A stretch of 64,000 bases of DNA from a virus. The notes beneath the pieces are model-generated. The model saw only the letters and a list, made by a program, of their open reading frames with translations. It made no database searches and was not told the origin of the DNA. The translations under genes and the position numbers were made by a program. Of the stretch, positions 1 through 9,278 are shown piece by piece. The stretch spans positions 32,001 through 96,000 of the IMG/VR virus record IMGVR_UViG_3300036790_000419; one strand, written 5' to 3'. How positions within the stretch are numbered: the stretch's first letter is position 1; each line of letters begins with the position of its first letter.

Positions 1-60
1 CGCTGCGAGCGGCACACGCGGCGAGCCGGCGGCGCGCGGCTGTAAGCGCCTCGCGCTGCG

Positions 61-95
61 GCGCCCCTGGCCTGTACTCGGCCAGGGGTGCTTTT
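61..95 (+). terminator. Intrinsic terminator
   Basis: GCGCCCCTGGCC / GGCCAGGGGTGC hairpin followed by TTTTC. Confidence 0.6.
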
Positions 96-199
96 CGTTA
101 CCCTCCGTAGAGCTTTCAAGATCATTCTTACCTTCCCTCACCGGCCGGCAACCGACTTTGGTCACTGTCCGTGTAATTAGCCCTGCTGTGGCATACCTA

Positions 200-230
200 G
201 CTTGACTCCAGTCAAGCTCTCACCTATCCT
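200..230 (+). promoter_or_regulatory. Housekeeping-sigma promoter with palindromic operator
   Basis: TTGACT(202-207)-N17-TATCCT(225-230); GCTTGACT-CC-AGTCAAGC perfect inverted repeat over -35. Confidence 0.75.
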
Positions 231-261
231 GGTGAGCACAGGCAACCGAGAGGCAGGCACC

Positions 262-576
262 ATGGAATGCGACTACAGGCCAGTAGCGGGCGACCCGGCC
301 ATCCGCGTGTGCGCGGCGCACGACCCGGAGCTAGGGCTGTACGGCGGCGAGTTCTGCGCCGGCGAGGCTGTCACGGTGGACGGCGCGCACATGGCGCACG
401 TGGCGGACGCGCTGCAGCTCGCCGACCGCGCGCTTGACGCCGGCGAGGCGTGCGACCGCGCGGCGGCGATGCTGCGCGCGTCGGTGGCGCTGCAGGACGC
501 GGCTGACAGGTACGGCCGCCGGGAGATGTCACCGCGCGCGTTCCGCTCTGCGGTGCGCGGGCACGCGGCGCGCTAG
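262..576 (+). CDS. Hypothetical early protein
   Basis: ATG 262 after the repeated leader GGCAACCGAGAGGCAGGCACC; downstream of promoter. Confidence 0.65.
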   Translation: MECDYRPVAGDPAIRVCAAHDPELGLYGGEFCAGEAVTVDGAHMAHVADALQLADRALDAGEACDRAAAMLRASVALQDAADRYGRREMSPRAFRSAVRGHAAR

Positions 577-589
577 CGCCCCGCCCCTT

Positions 590-621
590 AGCACCCCCGG
601 GCACGTGCCCGGGGGTGCTTT
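590..621 (+). terminator. Palindromic hairpin/terminator
   Basis: 30-bp perfect palindrome AGCACCCCCGGGCACGTGCCCGGGGGTGCT followed by TT. Confidence 0.55.
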
Positions 622-724
622 CACGTGCCCGGGGGTGCGCGTGCCTGCGGCGAGGCGGCCATGCCCGCTACGGCGCTGTGCGCGCCGCCAGCCACCGCGC
701 GGCCGGGCTGGCATCCGGCTAGCT

Positions 725-755
725 GCTTGTCCTGAGTCAAGCCATGCTGTAGGTT
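725..755 (+). promoter_or_regulatory. Housekeeping-sigma promoter with operator variant
   Basis: TTGTCC-N17-TAGGTT; GCTTGTCCTGAGTCAAGC. Confidence 0.65.
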
Positions 756-785
756 GGCGGTATGGCAACCGAGAGGCAGGCACCC

Positions 786-968
786 GTGACGGGCGACGAT
801 CTTATTACCCTGGTGACTGAGGCAGGCAGCATGAGCGAGGCGCGCGCCATCATGGGCACAGCGCCTCGCGCGGCAGTATTCAGCGCGGCTGACATCCTGT
901 ACGTGGACTGCGGTGACCACGGCATGCGGTGGACTCGCAACGCGGTACTCAGCGAGGCGCGCGCCTAG
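786..968 (+). CDS. Hypothetical early protein
   Basis: GTG after the second copy of the 21-bp leader (764-784). Confidence 0.55.
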   Translation: MTGDDLITLVTEAGSMSEARAIMGTAPRAAVFSAADILYVDCGDHGMRWTRNAVLSEARA

Positions 969-1179
969 CCTCGCGCGGGGGCGCGGCGACCTGGCCGCGC
1001 CCCCTCCCCCGTTCGACATGCTGCCGCGGCGCGCGCCGGCGGGGCCGCGTCGTCCGGGTCCCATAGACGGACTATGGAGGCTCGCCTCCGCGCCGGCTTA
1101 GCTCGTGCCCGCCCCGCGCCGGGAAAATAAAACCCGCCGGAGTCCCGTTTCCCGCGGTCAGCGCGCCGTAGTACCCGCC

Positions 1180-1872
1180 ATGGGAGAAATAATCCGCCTG
1201 CTCGACCTGGGCTGCTCGGCGGGCGGCACGTCGTGGGGCTACCACCTGGCCGGGCAGGACTCGGCGCGGCGCGGCGGCCCCGCCGTCGAGGTGACCGGCG
1301 CGGACATCGCGCCGCAGCCCCGGTTCCCCTGGCCGGGCAGGTTCATCCGGGCGGACGCCACCACGATGGACTTGTCCGGCTACGACGCCTACGCGTGCTC
1401 CATGCCGTGCCACGACCACACGCCCCTGAAGTCGGTGGCGGGCACCGACGGCACCGGCCACCTGCTGGGCGACCTGCGCACCCGGCTGGAGGCGACCGGG
1501 AGGCCGTACGTCATCGAGAACGTGCCCGGCGCCCCCATGCGCGCCGACGTGCGGCTGTGCGGCTGCATGCAGGACCCGCCGCTGCGCACCTACCGGCTGC
1601 GCTGGTTCGAGGCCAGCGCGCACTTCGCCCCCGGCGAGGTCACCCAGCTCCCGCACCGCGACCACAGCGCGAGGACGGCCACTAAGCAGCGGCGCAAGCT
1701 GTGGGACGAGGGCTGGCACGTCTCGGTCACCGGCGACGTGGGCACCTACGTCGGCCCGCAGGCGATGGGCATCGACTGGATGAGCGGCAACGAGCTGAGC
1801 CTGGCGGTCCCGCCGGCCTACACCCGGTACGTGGGGCGGTTCCTCATCGCGGCGGTCCTGCGCGGCCGGTGA
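1180..1872 (+). CDS. Short DNA (cytosine-5) methyltransferase-like protein
   Basis: LLDLGCSAGG SAM motif, MPCH (PC motif), YVIENV motif, RxR. Confidence 0.7.
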   Translation: MGEIIRLLDLGCSAGGTSWGYHLAGQDSARRGGPAVEVTGADIAPQPRFPWPGRFIRADATTMDLSGYDAYACSMPCHDHTPLKSVAGTDGTGHLLGDLRTRLEATGRPYVIENVPGAPMRADVRLCGCMQDPPLRTYRLRWFEASAHFAPGEVTQLPHRDHSARTATKQRRKLWDEGWHVSVTGDVGTYVGPQAMGIDWMSGNELSLAVPPAYTRYVGRFLIAAVLRGR

Positions 1873-1920
1873 CGGCAAGGCCCCGCCGCTGAGTGCCCGC
1901 GGCCGTTCTAGGCTTGCCCC

Positions 1921-2262
1921 GTGGCGTTTACCTGCCCCCGGTGCCGGCGCACGTCGCACCACCCCGGGGACGCCCGCCAGGGCTACTGCGGCGCGTGCCG
2001 CGACTGGACAGCCAGCGCCCTCGTTTACCAGTGCGCGGCGTGCGGGCTGCGGGCGGCCGTGCCCCCGTTCGGCAGCACCTGGTGGTGCCCGTGCGGAGCG
2101 CCCGGGCCGGTGCAGCCCGGTGACTGGTCTAGCGGGGAGGTAACAGTTTCGCGTACTGATTGCGGGTTTCCCGGCGCTGATTGCGCGGGGCGCCCGCCGG
2201 AAGCGGATGACGGGTCATGGGAAGACGCCATGGAGTGGCTGCCCGGTGACGCGGAGTGGTAA
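1921..2262 (+). CDS. Cys-rich zinc-binding hypothetical protein
   Basis: Several CxxC pairs; TAGGCT 6 nt before GTG (leaderless). Confidence 0.55.
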   Translation: MAFTCPRCRRTSHHPGDARQGYCGACRDWTASALVYQCAACGLRAAVPPFGSTWWCPCGAPGPVQPGDWSSGEVTVSRTDCGFPGADCAGRPPEADDGSWEDAMEWLPGDAEW

Positions 2263-2278
2263 TGAGCCCCGGAAGTGA

Positions 2279-2369
2279 TATCACAAGGTGCTAGCTGATA
2301 TCTTTTCAGCCTCCAGGTGATATCAGCTAGCACCTTGTGATAGCTATCAGCGGGTGATATCTTTTCAGC
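2279..2369. promoter_or_regulatory. 24-bp inverted repeat with TGATATC boxes (putative RHH operator)
   Basis: TATCACAAGGTGCTAGCTGATATC (2279-2302) / reverse complement (2319-2342); TGATATCTTTTCAGC repeated at 2296 and 2355. Confidence 0.7.
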
Positions 2370-2651
2370 GTGGGCAAGGGCGATTTCCTTCTCCGGCTGG
2401 ACCCGGAACTGCTCGCCGAGGTGCGCAAGGCGGCCGAGGGCGAGGGCGTTTCCGTGTCCGGCTTCATCCGGGAGGCTGTCGCCCTGCGGCTGAGCCAGGG
2501 CAGTTTCCCCAGGCCAGCGTCCCGCGCGGACCTGCTGGCGGAAATCGCCGATGTCGCGTCCAAGGTCAGGGCGGGCTTCGTCCTGGTGCCCGCGGCCGAG
2601 GTTCCCGCCCCCGGCTCGTGGTCGGGCCTCATGGACGGGGAGGTCCCGTGA
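2370..2651 (+). CDS. Arc/ribbon-helix-helix DNA-binding protein
   Basis: FLLRLDPELLAEVRKAAEGEGVSVSGFIREAV is a typical RHH pattern. Confidence 0.75.
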   Translation: MGKGDFLLRLDPELLAEVRKAAEGEGVSVSGFIREAVALRLSQGSFPRPASRADLLAEIADVASKVRAGFVLVPAAEVPAPGSWSGLMDGEVP

Positions 2652-3018
2652 GCCGTGAACTAGACCAATTTCGGCTCGGGCGTATAAGAACTTATCTTTG
2701 GCCGGCCGTGAGGGTTTGCAATTCGAGTCACGCTGTTCCCCGGCCCCTGAGCCGGCTGGCTTCAGGCAGCCGGGCGCTACACCGCCCGGCCCCGGTTAAC
2801 GTCCCCCGCCGACACCATAGATCCGCGGGACCCGGGCACAGCCCCGGGTGCGCTGCGACGGCCGGGCCCCCGGGCCCCCCCGGCGCAAGTGCCTCGGCGC
2901 AAGGTTCCCCCTCCCGGCCGTTTGTCACCAGCATCGGCGGCCGGCTCCGGCTGGAAGCTGCCGGGGGTTCCTGCCGGGCAGGCAGCCACTTTCACCTTTC
3001 TGAAAACAGGAGGTGCCC

Positions 3019-3261
3019 GTGGCCGGCCGGGTGACCGCCGGGCAGTCGCTGCTGACGGCGCTGGCCGGCCTGACCGCCTACCAGGCCGGCCTGCCGGCGG
3101 GCGAGCTGCTGGCACTGGGCGCCGGGGAGCCGGGCGAGTCGTTCGCCGCCGCCGTCGGCATCGCCGCCCTGCTGGCGGAGGAGGTGCGCCGGCTGGGCGG
3201 CGACCCGGACGTCATCTTGCGGGGTGTCTACGACAAGGCCAGTAGCCTTGCCTACTCCTGA
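3019..3261 (+). CDS. Hypothetical protein
   Basis: AGGAGG SD before GTG; GC3-rich codons. Confidence 0.5.
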   Translation: MAGRVTAGQSLLTALAGLTAYQAGLPAGELLALGAGEPGESFAAAVGIAALLAEEVRRLGGDPDVILRGVYDKASSLAYS

Positions 3262-3265
3262 TCTA

Positions 3266-3295
3266 CTTGACTCAAGTAAACCGCCCCGCTAACCT
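3266..3295 (+). promoter_or_regulatory. Housekeeping-sigma promoter with operator variant
   Basis: TTGACT-N17-TAACCT; CTTGAC-TCAA-GTAAAC. Confidence 0.65.
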
Positions 3296-3352
3296 GAGGT
3301 CATCAGCTGGCGGGGCTTACCCTTGCCCCGGAACTAAACGGAGGGCAGGCTC

Positions 3353-4063
3353 GTGATGGCATGGACTGAGGAAGACCGCGAGAGGATGCTCGCGGCCGGC
3401 CGGCGGGCGGACCCGGCGCCCGGGCGGCTGTACGCCACCTGCGCGCAGAGCCGGCGCGCTCCGGGCAAGTTCCTGGGGGCGCTGTCGTACCAGCCGGACG
3501 GCGCGCGGTTCGGGCACGGCGGCCAGCGCCTGCAGTGGCTGTGCGGGCACGACCACGACGGGCGGGACGGGGCCCGGGCGTGCGCGTCGGGCGAGCTGGC
3601 CCGGCGGGTGCCGGCGTCCGGCTCCTCCCAGGACCGGGTCTACACCCAGCGCAACCGGGATTACCCTGACGACACCGACATCTGCTTCGAGCGCGGCAAC
3701 GGCACTACCGTGGTCCGCCTCACCCCGGCCGACCTGCCGAAGCTTCTCGCCGCCGCAGGCGGCCTGGCTCCCGGCCTGGAAGAGCTGCGCGCCCGCGCGG
3801 CGGCGCTCACGAGCGCCGCGCTGGGCGAGGCTGCCCCGGACGTCGCGGACTGGGCGCTGCGGAGCACGCGGCTGGTGGACTACGCCTACATCGCCGGGCA
3901 GGTTGACTTCTCAGCCGGCAACGGCCGCCGCGCGGCCCTGGACTACCTGGCCGGCAAGCTGGAAGAGGCCCGCCGCGACTTCGAGCCCGCCTGCGGCGAG
4001 ATCGGCCCCGGCCCGGACGTGCTCGCCCTGGAGCGCGTCATCGCGATGCTGGACGGCGCCTGA
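3353..4063 (+). CDS. Hypothetical protein
   Basis: GGAGG SD, codon bias, first gene of a tightly overlapping operon. Confidence 0.6.
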   Translation: MMAWTEEDRERMLAAGRRADPAPGRLYATCAQSRRAPGKFLGALSYQPDGARFGHGGQRLQWLCGHDHDGRDGARACASGELARRVPASGSSQDRVYTQRNRDYPDDTDICFERGNGTTVVRLTPADLPKLLAAAGGLAPGLEELRARAAALTSAALGEAAPDVADWALRSTRLVDYAYIAGQVDFSAGNGRRAALDYLAGKLEEARRDFEPACGEIGPGPDVLALERVIAMLDGA

Positions 4064-4476
4064 TGGCCGGCCTGGTCATCGCGCTGCTGACCGTCGCGTG
4101 GGTCGTGAAGGACTCCAGCCCGCTGCTGCGCCGCCTGCGGTACCGCGAGCTGCCGGCCGCGCTGGTCATCTGCCTGGCCGGCCGGCAGCGCCGCCGCGCC
4201 CTGTGCGGGATCCTGGACCGCCGCGCCCGGCTCAGCCGGCCGCTGCCCGCCCCGGTGCGCAGGGGGCCGCCGTCGGCGCTGGCATTCACCGGTTCCCCGT
4301 CCCCGCGGGCCGACGCTGGGGCCTACGCGGAGCTGGCCGGGTTCATGCGCGGCGGCATGATCTCGGCCGACGAGGCCCGCGCCCGGGTCGCCGGGTTCAC
4401 CGCCGGGTTCACCGCCTGGTCGGACCCGCGCCCCTGGCCGAGCCCGCCGGGCCGCCGCGCGGGGGAGCCCCGGTGA
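4063..4476 (+). CDS. Hypothetical protein, N-terminal hydrophobic segment
   Basis: TGATG overlap with the previous gene. Confidence 0.5.
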   Translation: MAGLVIALLTVAWVVKDSSPLLRRLRYRELPAALVICLAGRQRRRALCGILDRRARLSRPLPAPVRRGPPSALAFTGSPSPRADAGAYAELAGFMRGGMISADEARARVAGFTAGFTAWSDPRPWPSPPGRRAGEPR

Positions 4477-4769
4477 GCCCGCGCACCACGGAGAACGTGG
4501 CAGCCGACCTGGTGCGCCTGGCCGTGGCCGGCTCGCCGGACCCCGCTGTCCGCGCTGAGGTGGAAGCCCGGGTGCGCAAGCTGACGGCCGAGGCGTGCGG
4601 CATCACCGCCGCCGCGACCGCGGCGGAGGCCCGCAGGTCGCTCGCGCGGGCCTGGGGCGCCTGGCTGGAGCTGGCCATGTCCACGGGGGTGCTGCGCGAC
4701 GTCCTGGACCTGGAGCCGGCCCTGCGCCGCCGGTTCCTGCTCTTCCTGGAGGGCAAGAAGGATGGCTGA
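4473..4769 (+). CDS. Hypothetical protein
   Basis: GTGA overlap; codon bias. Confidence 0.5.
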   Translation: MSPRTTENVAADLVRLAVAGSPDPAVRAEVEARVRKLTAEACGITAAATAAEARRSLARAWGAWLELAMSTGVLRDVLDLEPALRRRFLLFLEGKKDG

Positions 4770-5082
4770 CGGCGCGTTCCTGCGGTTCGAGGACCCCTAC
4801 GGCACGGGCAAGGCCTACGCGGAGCTGCCGGCCGGCGAGTACGGCTACAGCGACTCCCAGGGCCTGTACGAGTGGCGCCGGGTGCCGTACGACCACCCGG
4901 AGGGCTCGCTGCTGCCCGGCCCCGGAACGATCCTGGTCCGCATCCACTACTCCGGCGGCGACCGCCAGGGCAGCAGCGGCGGCCAGGTGTGGGCCTCCGG
5001 CCCGGAGCCCCCGGGCCGCGTGCTCCCGTACCCGCACGAGCTGGGCTTCCACGCCGCTGTCAGCCCCGCGAGGCTGAACTGA
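4762..5082 (+). CDS. Hypothetical protein
   Basis: Overlapping operon gene, codon bias. Confidence 0.55.
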   Translation: MADGAFLRFEDPYGTGKAYAELPAGEYGYSDSQGLYEWRRVPYDHPEGSLLPGPGTILVRIHYSGGDRQGSSGGQVWASGPEPPGRVLPYPHELGFHAAVSPARLN

Positions 5083-5426
5083 TGCCGGGGCTCATCGCCG
5101 GCTTCACCCATGTCCAGCGGGGCAGGTCCGCCTACAGGGGCGCGCTGCGGGTAACCCCGAAGTCGGTGCCCCGCTGGACCTGCGCCTGCGCCCCTGACCA
5201 CCTGACGGCCGCCGGGGCCGTGAAGTGCGCGGAGGCCGAGCTGGAGCGGCGCGGGCAGGGCGGCCGGGAGGTTTTCACCCTGCTGCGCTGCAAACCGTGC
5301 GACCGCTGGCTGGCGGACGGGCCCGGCCCGGTGGCCTGCCCGTGGTGCTCGGTGCCGCTGGAGCGGGTGAAGCTGGCGGTACTGGGCCGCGGCGCCGCTG
5401 TTGACCCCGGCCGCAGGAAACACTAG
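5082..5426 (+). CDS. Hypothetical zinc-binding protein
   Basis: TGATG overlap; CxxC pairs. Confidence 0.5.
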   Translation: MPGLIAGFTHVQRGRSAYRGALRVTPKSVPRWTCACAPDHLTAAGAVKCAEAELERRGQGGREVFTLLRCKPCDRWLADGPGPVACPWCSVPLERVKLAVLGRGAAVDPGRRKH

Positions 5427-5454
5427 ACTCAAGTCAAGAAAGTAGGAGGCCAGC

Positions 5455-5766
5455 TTGAGCAACGACGCTGCCGTCGCCGTGCCGGACGGGTTCACCCGCC
5501 CGGAGCCGCCGTACGAGGCACCTGACGGCCAGCACTGGGAGGCCGCGCGGGAGGGCCCTGAGTGGGACGTCGCCGGGCCGGGCAGGAAGTGCCGGTTCCG
5601 CGGCGCGTCCGAGCGCGCCTGCGGCGAGCCCGCCGGCCTCGTGCGGCTGCGCGGCATCAAGACGCGCATCCCCTGGAACTACTGCCTTGCCCACGCCTAC
5701 GGGCGCTGGGCGGAGGACGGGAAGGTCATGACATGGAAGCTGAGGGACGACCCGCCGGAGGGGTAG
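5455..5766 (+). CDS. Hypothetical protein
   Basis: AGGAGG SD before TTG; preceded by operator variant CTAGAC-TCAA-GTCAAG (5423-5438). Confidence 0.55.
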   Translation: MSNDAAVAVPDGFTRPEPPYEAPDGQHWEAAREGPEWDVAGPGRKCRFRGASERACGEPAGLVRLRGIKTRIPWNYCLAHAYGRWAEDGKVMTWKLRDDPPEG

Positions 5767-6110
5767 AGGCCTGGCTGGAAGCCGACGGCGCGGAGTTCCG
5801 CGGCGGAGCCGCCGGGCTGGACACCGACGGGTTCGCCAGTCGCACCCTGGAGGTGCTAGGGGCTGTCGTGCCGCTGCCGGACGCCACCGCCGACGACTTC
5901 GGCCGGGTGGACTCCGCGGAGCGGCTGCGCACCCCGGAGGCCTGGCAGGAGTGGCTGGGCGAGTGGACCGGCCGGATGGCCTGGGCCGGGGACCGCCAGG
6001 TGCACGAGACCAACTTCATGGCCCGGGCGAAGCCCGGCGAGGTGACCGGCGGCTACGTCAAGTCGGCCGCCACCCGTGACGGCCTGCCGCTCTGGGAGAA
6101 GGCGACCTGA
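5733..6110 (+). CDS. Hypothetical protein
   Basis: Codon bias; start uncertain. Confidence 0.45.
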   Translation: MEAEGRPAGGVEAWLEADGAEFRGGAAGLDTDGFASRTLEVLGAVVPLPDATADDFGRVDSAERLRTPEAWQEWLGEWTGRMAWAGDRQVHETNFMARAKPGEVTGGYVKSAATRDGLPLWEKAT

Positions 6111-6712
6111 TGGACCTGGCCCCGCTGGAAATCAGCAAGGACGAGGCACGGGAGAAGCTGGCCGAGTACCAGCAGGCGCTCCTGGCCGAGCGCTCGGCCG
6201 AGGACGAGGCCATCGCGGCCGGCTACCGCGCCGCCTCGCGCGGCCTGCCGGTCATCAGCCTGACCCGGACTATCGCGGCCGGCGGGTTCCACGGTAACGG
6301 GCTGCCCCGGCTGGCGGTCATCGGCGCGGGGGCGACTGAGTGCTACGCCAGGTGGGACGGCGGAGCCCTGGTTTACGCTGACCGCGACGACTGGATGGTT
6401 AACCGCGGTGCCCTGGTCGGCGCGCACTCGGTACGGGTGCCGGTGGCCGCCGACGACCTGCCCGGCGACTTCCGGCGGGTCTGGCACCGCGGGCACGCGC
6501 TGGTCCCGCTCATCCCGCCCCGGCACCGGCCGAAGCCCCGTCGGCTGCGGCACTGCCACGTCCTGTGGGAGGTGGAGGAGTGGACGCTGACCCCGCCGCA
6601 CGACCCGGCGCTGCTGCGGCATATCCGTGGCGACCTGTGGGCCGTACTGGCCGTCTGGGACCTGACCGAGCTTGAGCGCCTGGTCCTGACGCAGCGGGTT
6701 ACCGCACGGTGA
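6110..6712 (+). CDS. Hypothetical phage protein
   Basis: TGATG overlap, strong codon bias. Confidence 0.6.
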   Translation: MDLAPLEISKDEAREKLAEYQQALLAERSAEDEAIAAGYRAASRGLPVISLTRTIAAGGFHGNGLPRLAVIGAGATECYARWDGGALVYADRDDWMVNRGALVGAHSVRVPVAADDLPGDFRRVWHRGHALVPLIPPRHRPKPRRLRHCHVLWEVEEWTLTPPHDPALLRHIRGDLWAVLAVWDLTELERLVLTQRVTAR

Positions 6713-6918
6713 GCTTTGCGTCCGAGCACCCCGTTTCCTGCGCGCGCCGGGAAGACCTCAGCTGCCAGGCCAGCCACCCGGGCAGCCGACGGGACGCCAT
6801 GGCCGCGGACCGGAAGGGCTGGTTCCACAGCAAGGCTGAGGAGCTGGCCTGGTGCCCCGATCACGTGCCGGACTGGGTTCCGGCCTGGCGCGCCAGGCAG
6901 CGGGCCGTCAGCCGGTGA
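6709..6918 (+). CDS. Small hypothetical protein
   Basis: GTGA overlaps on both sides. Confidence 0.5.
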   Translation: MSFASEHPVSCARREDLSCQASHPGSRRDAMAADRKGWFHSKAEELAWCPDHVPDWVPAWRARQRAVSR

Positions 6919-7319
6919 CTGAGCCGCTGCCCCGCCGCTACGGCAGCCTGTGGCTGCCCGCGCTCGGCCTGCGGGTACTTGACCGGCCGTGCCGGCGCCC
7001 CGGCACGGCCGAGGCCCGCCTGCGGGTGTGGCACGCCTCGGAGGGCGGCTTCTTCGCCGTCGTCACCGACCCGGGCACGCGCCGCGGCATCCCCGAGCTG
7101 GCCGCGGCCGAGGACACCTGGCGGCGGCTGGCGGGGCAGTACGGGCACCCGCTCGGGATGGCGGAGCTGTGGCCGGGCGGCGAGGTTGACCTGGTCCTGC
7201 CGCCGCGCGAGGGGCAGCTCGGCTGGCTGCAGGCTTACCCGCACCGGCCCGGGCACTCCCTGGCGGGCGTGGTCGCCACCTGGTGGGCGGTCAACGGAGA
7301 CGTGATTCTCGCGCCATGA
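6915..7319 (+). CDS. Hypothetical protein
   Basis: GTGA overlap; codon bias. Confidence 0.5.
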   Translation: MTEPLPRRYGSLWLPALGLRVLDRPCRRPGTAEARLRVWHASEGGFFAVVTDPGTRRGIPELAAAEDTWRRLAGQYGHPLGMAELWPGGEVDLVLPPREGQLGWLQAYPHRPGHSLAGVVATWWAVNGDVILAP

Positions 7320-7351
7320 CTTGACATGAGTCAAGTAACCTCCCTAGACTC
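7320..7351 (+). promoter_or_regulatory. Palindromic operator/promoter
   Basis: CTTGAC-ATGA-GTCAAG; TTGACA with TAGACT at 19-nt spacing; followed by GGCAACCGAG leader. Confidence 0.6.
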
Positions 7352-7391
7352 GGGACAAGAGGGCAACCGAGTACAGGGGAGAGGCACACTC

Positions 7392-7559
7392 ATGGCTGAT
7401 AACCGGGCCGGCCGGTCACGCGAGGCCGGGAACCGCAACCGCGAGCAGCGCTTGCAGGCCAGGCGCTTGCAGGCCCGGCAGGAATTCTGGGACGTGGCGG
7501 GCGAAGGCGGCGGCAGGCCGCACCGGCGGTCGCGCCAGCTTCGCCGGAGGTCCCGGTGA
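7392..7559 (+). CDS. Small Arg-rich protein
   Basis: GGGGAGG SD; GTGA overlap with next gene. Confidence 0.45.
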   Translation: MADNRAGRSREAGNRNREQRLQARRLQARQEFWDVAGEGGGRPHRRSRQLRRRSR

Positions 7560-9274
7560 GCCTCCTCAAGGGCATGACCGCCGTCAGCGGCTTCGACCCT
7601 GACGAGGCCGCCGTTTCCCGGCGCGTGCCGGCGGACGGCACGCTGACTGTCACCGACACCGCGCTGACGCGCGCGCTGACCGCCGCCGGGCGCGGCCTGG
7701 TGACCGGCGGCGGCGGGTACGCGGTCGCCGCCGGGGCCGGGCTCGGGGTGTGCGCCGTCGCCGGGCTCAACCCGATGACGGACCTGCTCGTGGTCGGCGC
7801 GTGCGGCGCTCACGTCGCCCAGCGGGCCCTTGACGGCTGGGCCTGGCACTTCGCCGGCGGCCGGGCCGCGCAGCGCCGCCGGCGCAAGTACCAGGGCGAG
7901 GCCACCCCGCTTGAGGTGCGCGCCTCGCTGTCGCCCGCGTTCGCGGCGAGGAAGATGCGGCGGCTCGCCCCGGGCCTGCCCGCGCCGCAGTCGTACCTCT
8001 CGCTCGGCTACACCGTGCACCGGCCGCGGCAGGCCGTCGCCGTCTCCCGCGCGGAGACCGTCGCCGTCATCGGCGTGCCGCAGACCATCAAGACCGCGCT
8101 CATCAGCCGCTGGATCCTGGAAGCGCCCGGCCCGGTGCTCGCTACCTCCTCGCGTGCCGACCAGTACCGGCACACTGTCGCCGTGCGGGAGACGGCGGGC
8201 GCGGTGCTGGTGCTCGACGCCGACGGGTACGGTCCTGGCACCAACTTCGCGTGGTCGCCCGTCGCCGGGTGCCGCGTCCCCGCCGTGGCCATCCGCCGGG
8301 CCGGCGACTTCATGCACGCCAGCCCGCGCGACCCGTCCGGCAAGGACGCCTGGCACGAGGACCGCGGCGCGAAGCTGCTGCGCTGGGCGCTGCATGCCGC
8401 CGACCTGGCCGGCAAGGACATATTCGACGCGCGGTCCTGGGTGCTGAACCCGGAGGCCGAGGGCTTCCTCAAGGCGCTGCGCGGCGAGGCCGCCGCGCCC
8501 GGCTGGGGCGACGCCCTGGAGACGCTGCTCACCATGGACGGCGAGATGCTGAACAGCGCCGTCGCCTCCGCCGACGCCGCGCTCGGGTGGATGGACGACC
8601 CGGACCTGCTGGCCGTGGCGTGCCCGCGCCCGGGCCAGGGGCTCGACGTCGCCGCGTTCCTGCGCGAGGGCAGCGGGACCGTCTACCTGATCGGCTCGGA
8701 GAGGCCCTACGGCTCGCTCACCCCGTTTTTCAGCGCGTTCGCCACCGAGTTCCTGGAGCAGGCCCGCGTCCTGGCCGAGCAGCAGGGCGGCCGGCTGAAG
8801 GTCCCGGTGCTCGTGGCGGCCGACGAGGCCGCCACCACGGCGAAAATCGACTTCCCGCGCTGGTGCGCGGTCACCGCCGGCTACAACATCACGGTGGTCG
8901 CCGGCTTCCAGGCCGTCAGCCAGATTGACACCGGCTGGGGCGGCCCCGCCGTGACCGAGACCATCCTGGAGCTGATGTCCACCAAGGTCGTCGCCGGCGG
9001 CGGCACCAGCCCGGCCGCCCTGGAGCGGCTGTCGACGATCTGCGGCAAGCGGGAGACCTGGCGCAAGGAGCCCGGCGGCAAGGTCTACGCGGAAGAGCCC
9101 GTCTTCCCGCCCGAGCGCCTGCGCCAGCTGCCCCGGTTCAACGCCCTGGTCGTGCAGCGCGAGGCCAAGCCGGTCCAGGTTCGCATCTCACCCGTCTGGG
9201 AGCATCCCGCTCACCAGGAAGTCGTCATCACCGACGCACCGGGGCCGCAGGCCCCGGACAGCACCGAGGAGTAG
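7556..9274 (+). CDS. VirD4/TraG-like (type IV coupling protein family) ATPase
   Basis: N-terminal hydrophobic segments; degenerate Walker A GVPQTIKT; PVLATSS; WSPVAGC; Walker B VAADEAA; FQAVSQI; PERLRQLP. Confidence 0.7.
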   Translation: MSLLKGMTAVSGFDPDEAAVSRRVPADGTLTVTDTALTRALTAAGRGLVTGGGGYAVAAGAGLGVCAVAGLNPMTDLLVVGACGAHVAQRALDGWAWHFAGGRAAQRRRRKYQGEATPLEVRASLSPAFAARKMRRLAPGLPAPQSYLSLGYTVHRPRQAVAVSRAETVAVIGVPQTIKTALISRWILEAPGPVLATSSRADQYRHTVAVRETAGAVLVLDADGYGPGTNFAWSPVAGCRVPAVAIRRAGDFMHASPRDPSGKDAWHEDRGAKLLRWALHAADLAGKDIFDARSWVLNPEAEGFLKALRGEAAAPGWGDALETLLTMDGEMLNSAVASADAALGWMDDPDLLAVACPRPGQGLDVAAFLREGSGTVYLIGSERPYGSLTPFFSAFATEFLEQARVLAEQQGGRLKVPVLVAADEAATTAKIDFPRWCAVTAGYNITVVAGFQAVSQIDTGWGGPAVTETILELMSTKVVAGGGTSPAALERLSTICGKRETWRKEPGGKVYAEEPVFPPERLRQLPRFNALVVQREAKPVQVRISPVWEHPAHQEVVITDAPGPQAPDSTEE

Positions 9275-9278
9275 GACA

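Noticed and set aside
200-217. Operator as the HspR HAIR motif
   Set aside because: HAIR is CTTGAGT-N7-ACTCAAG; half-site and spacing differ
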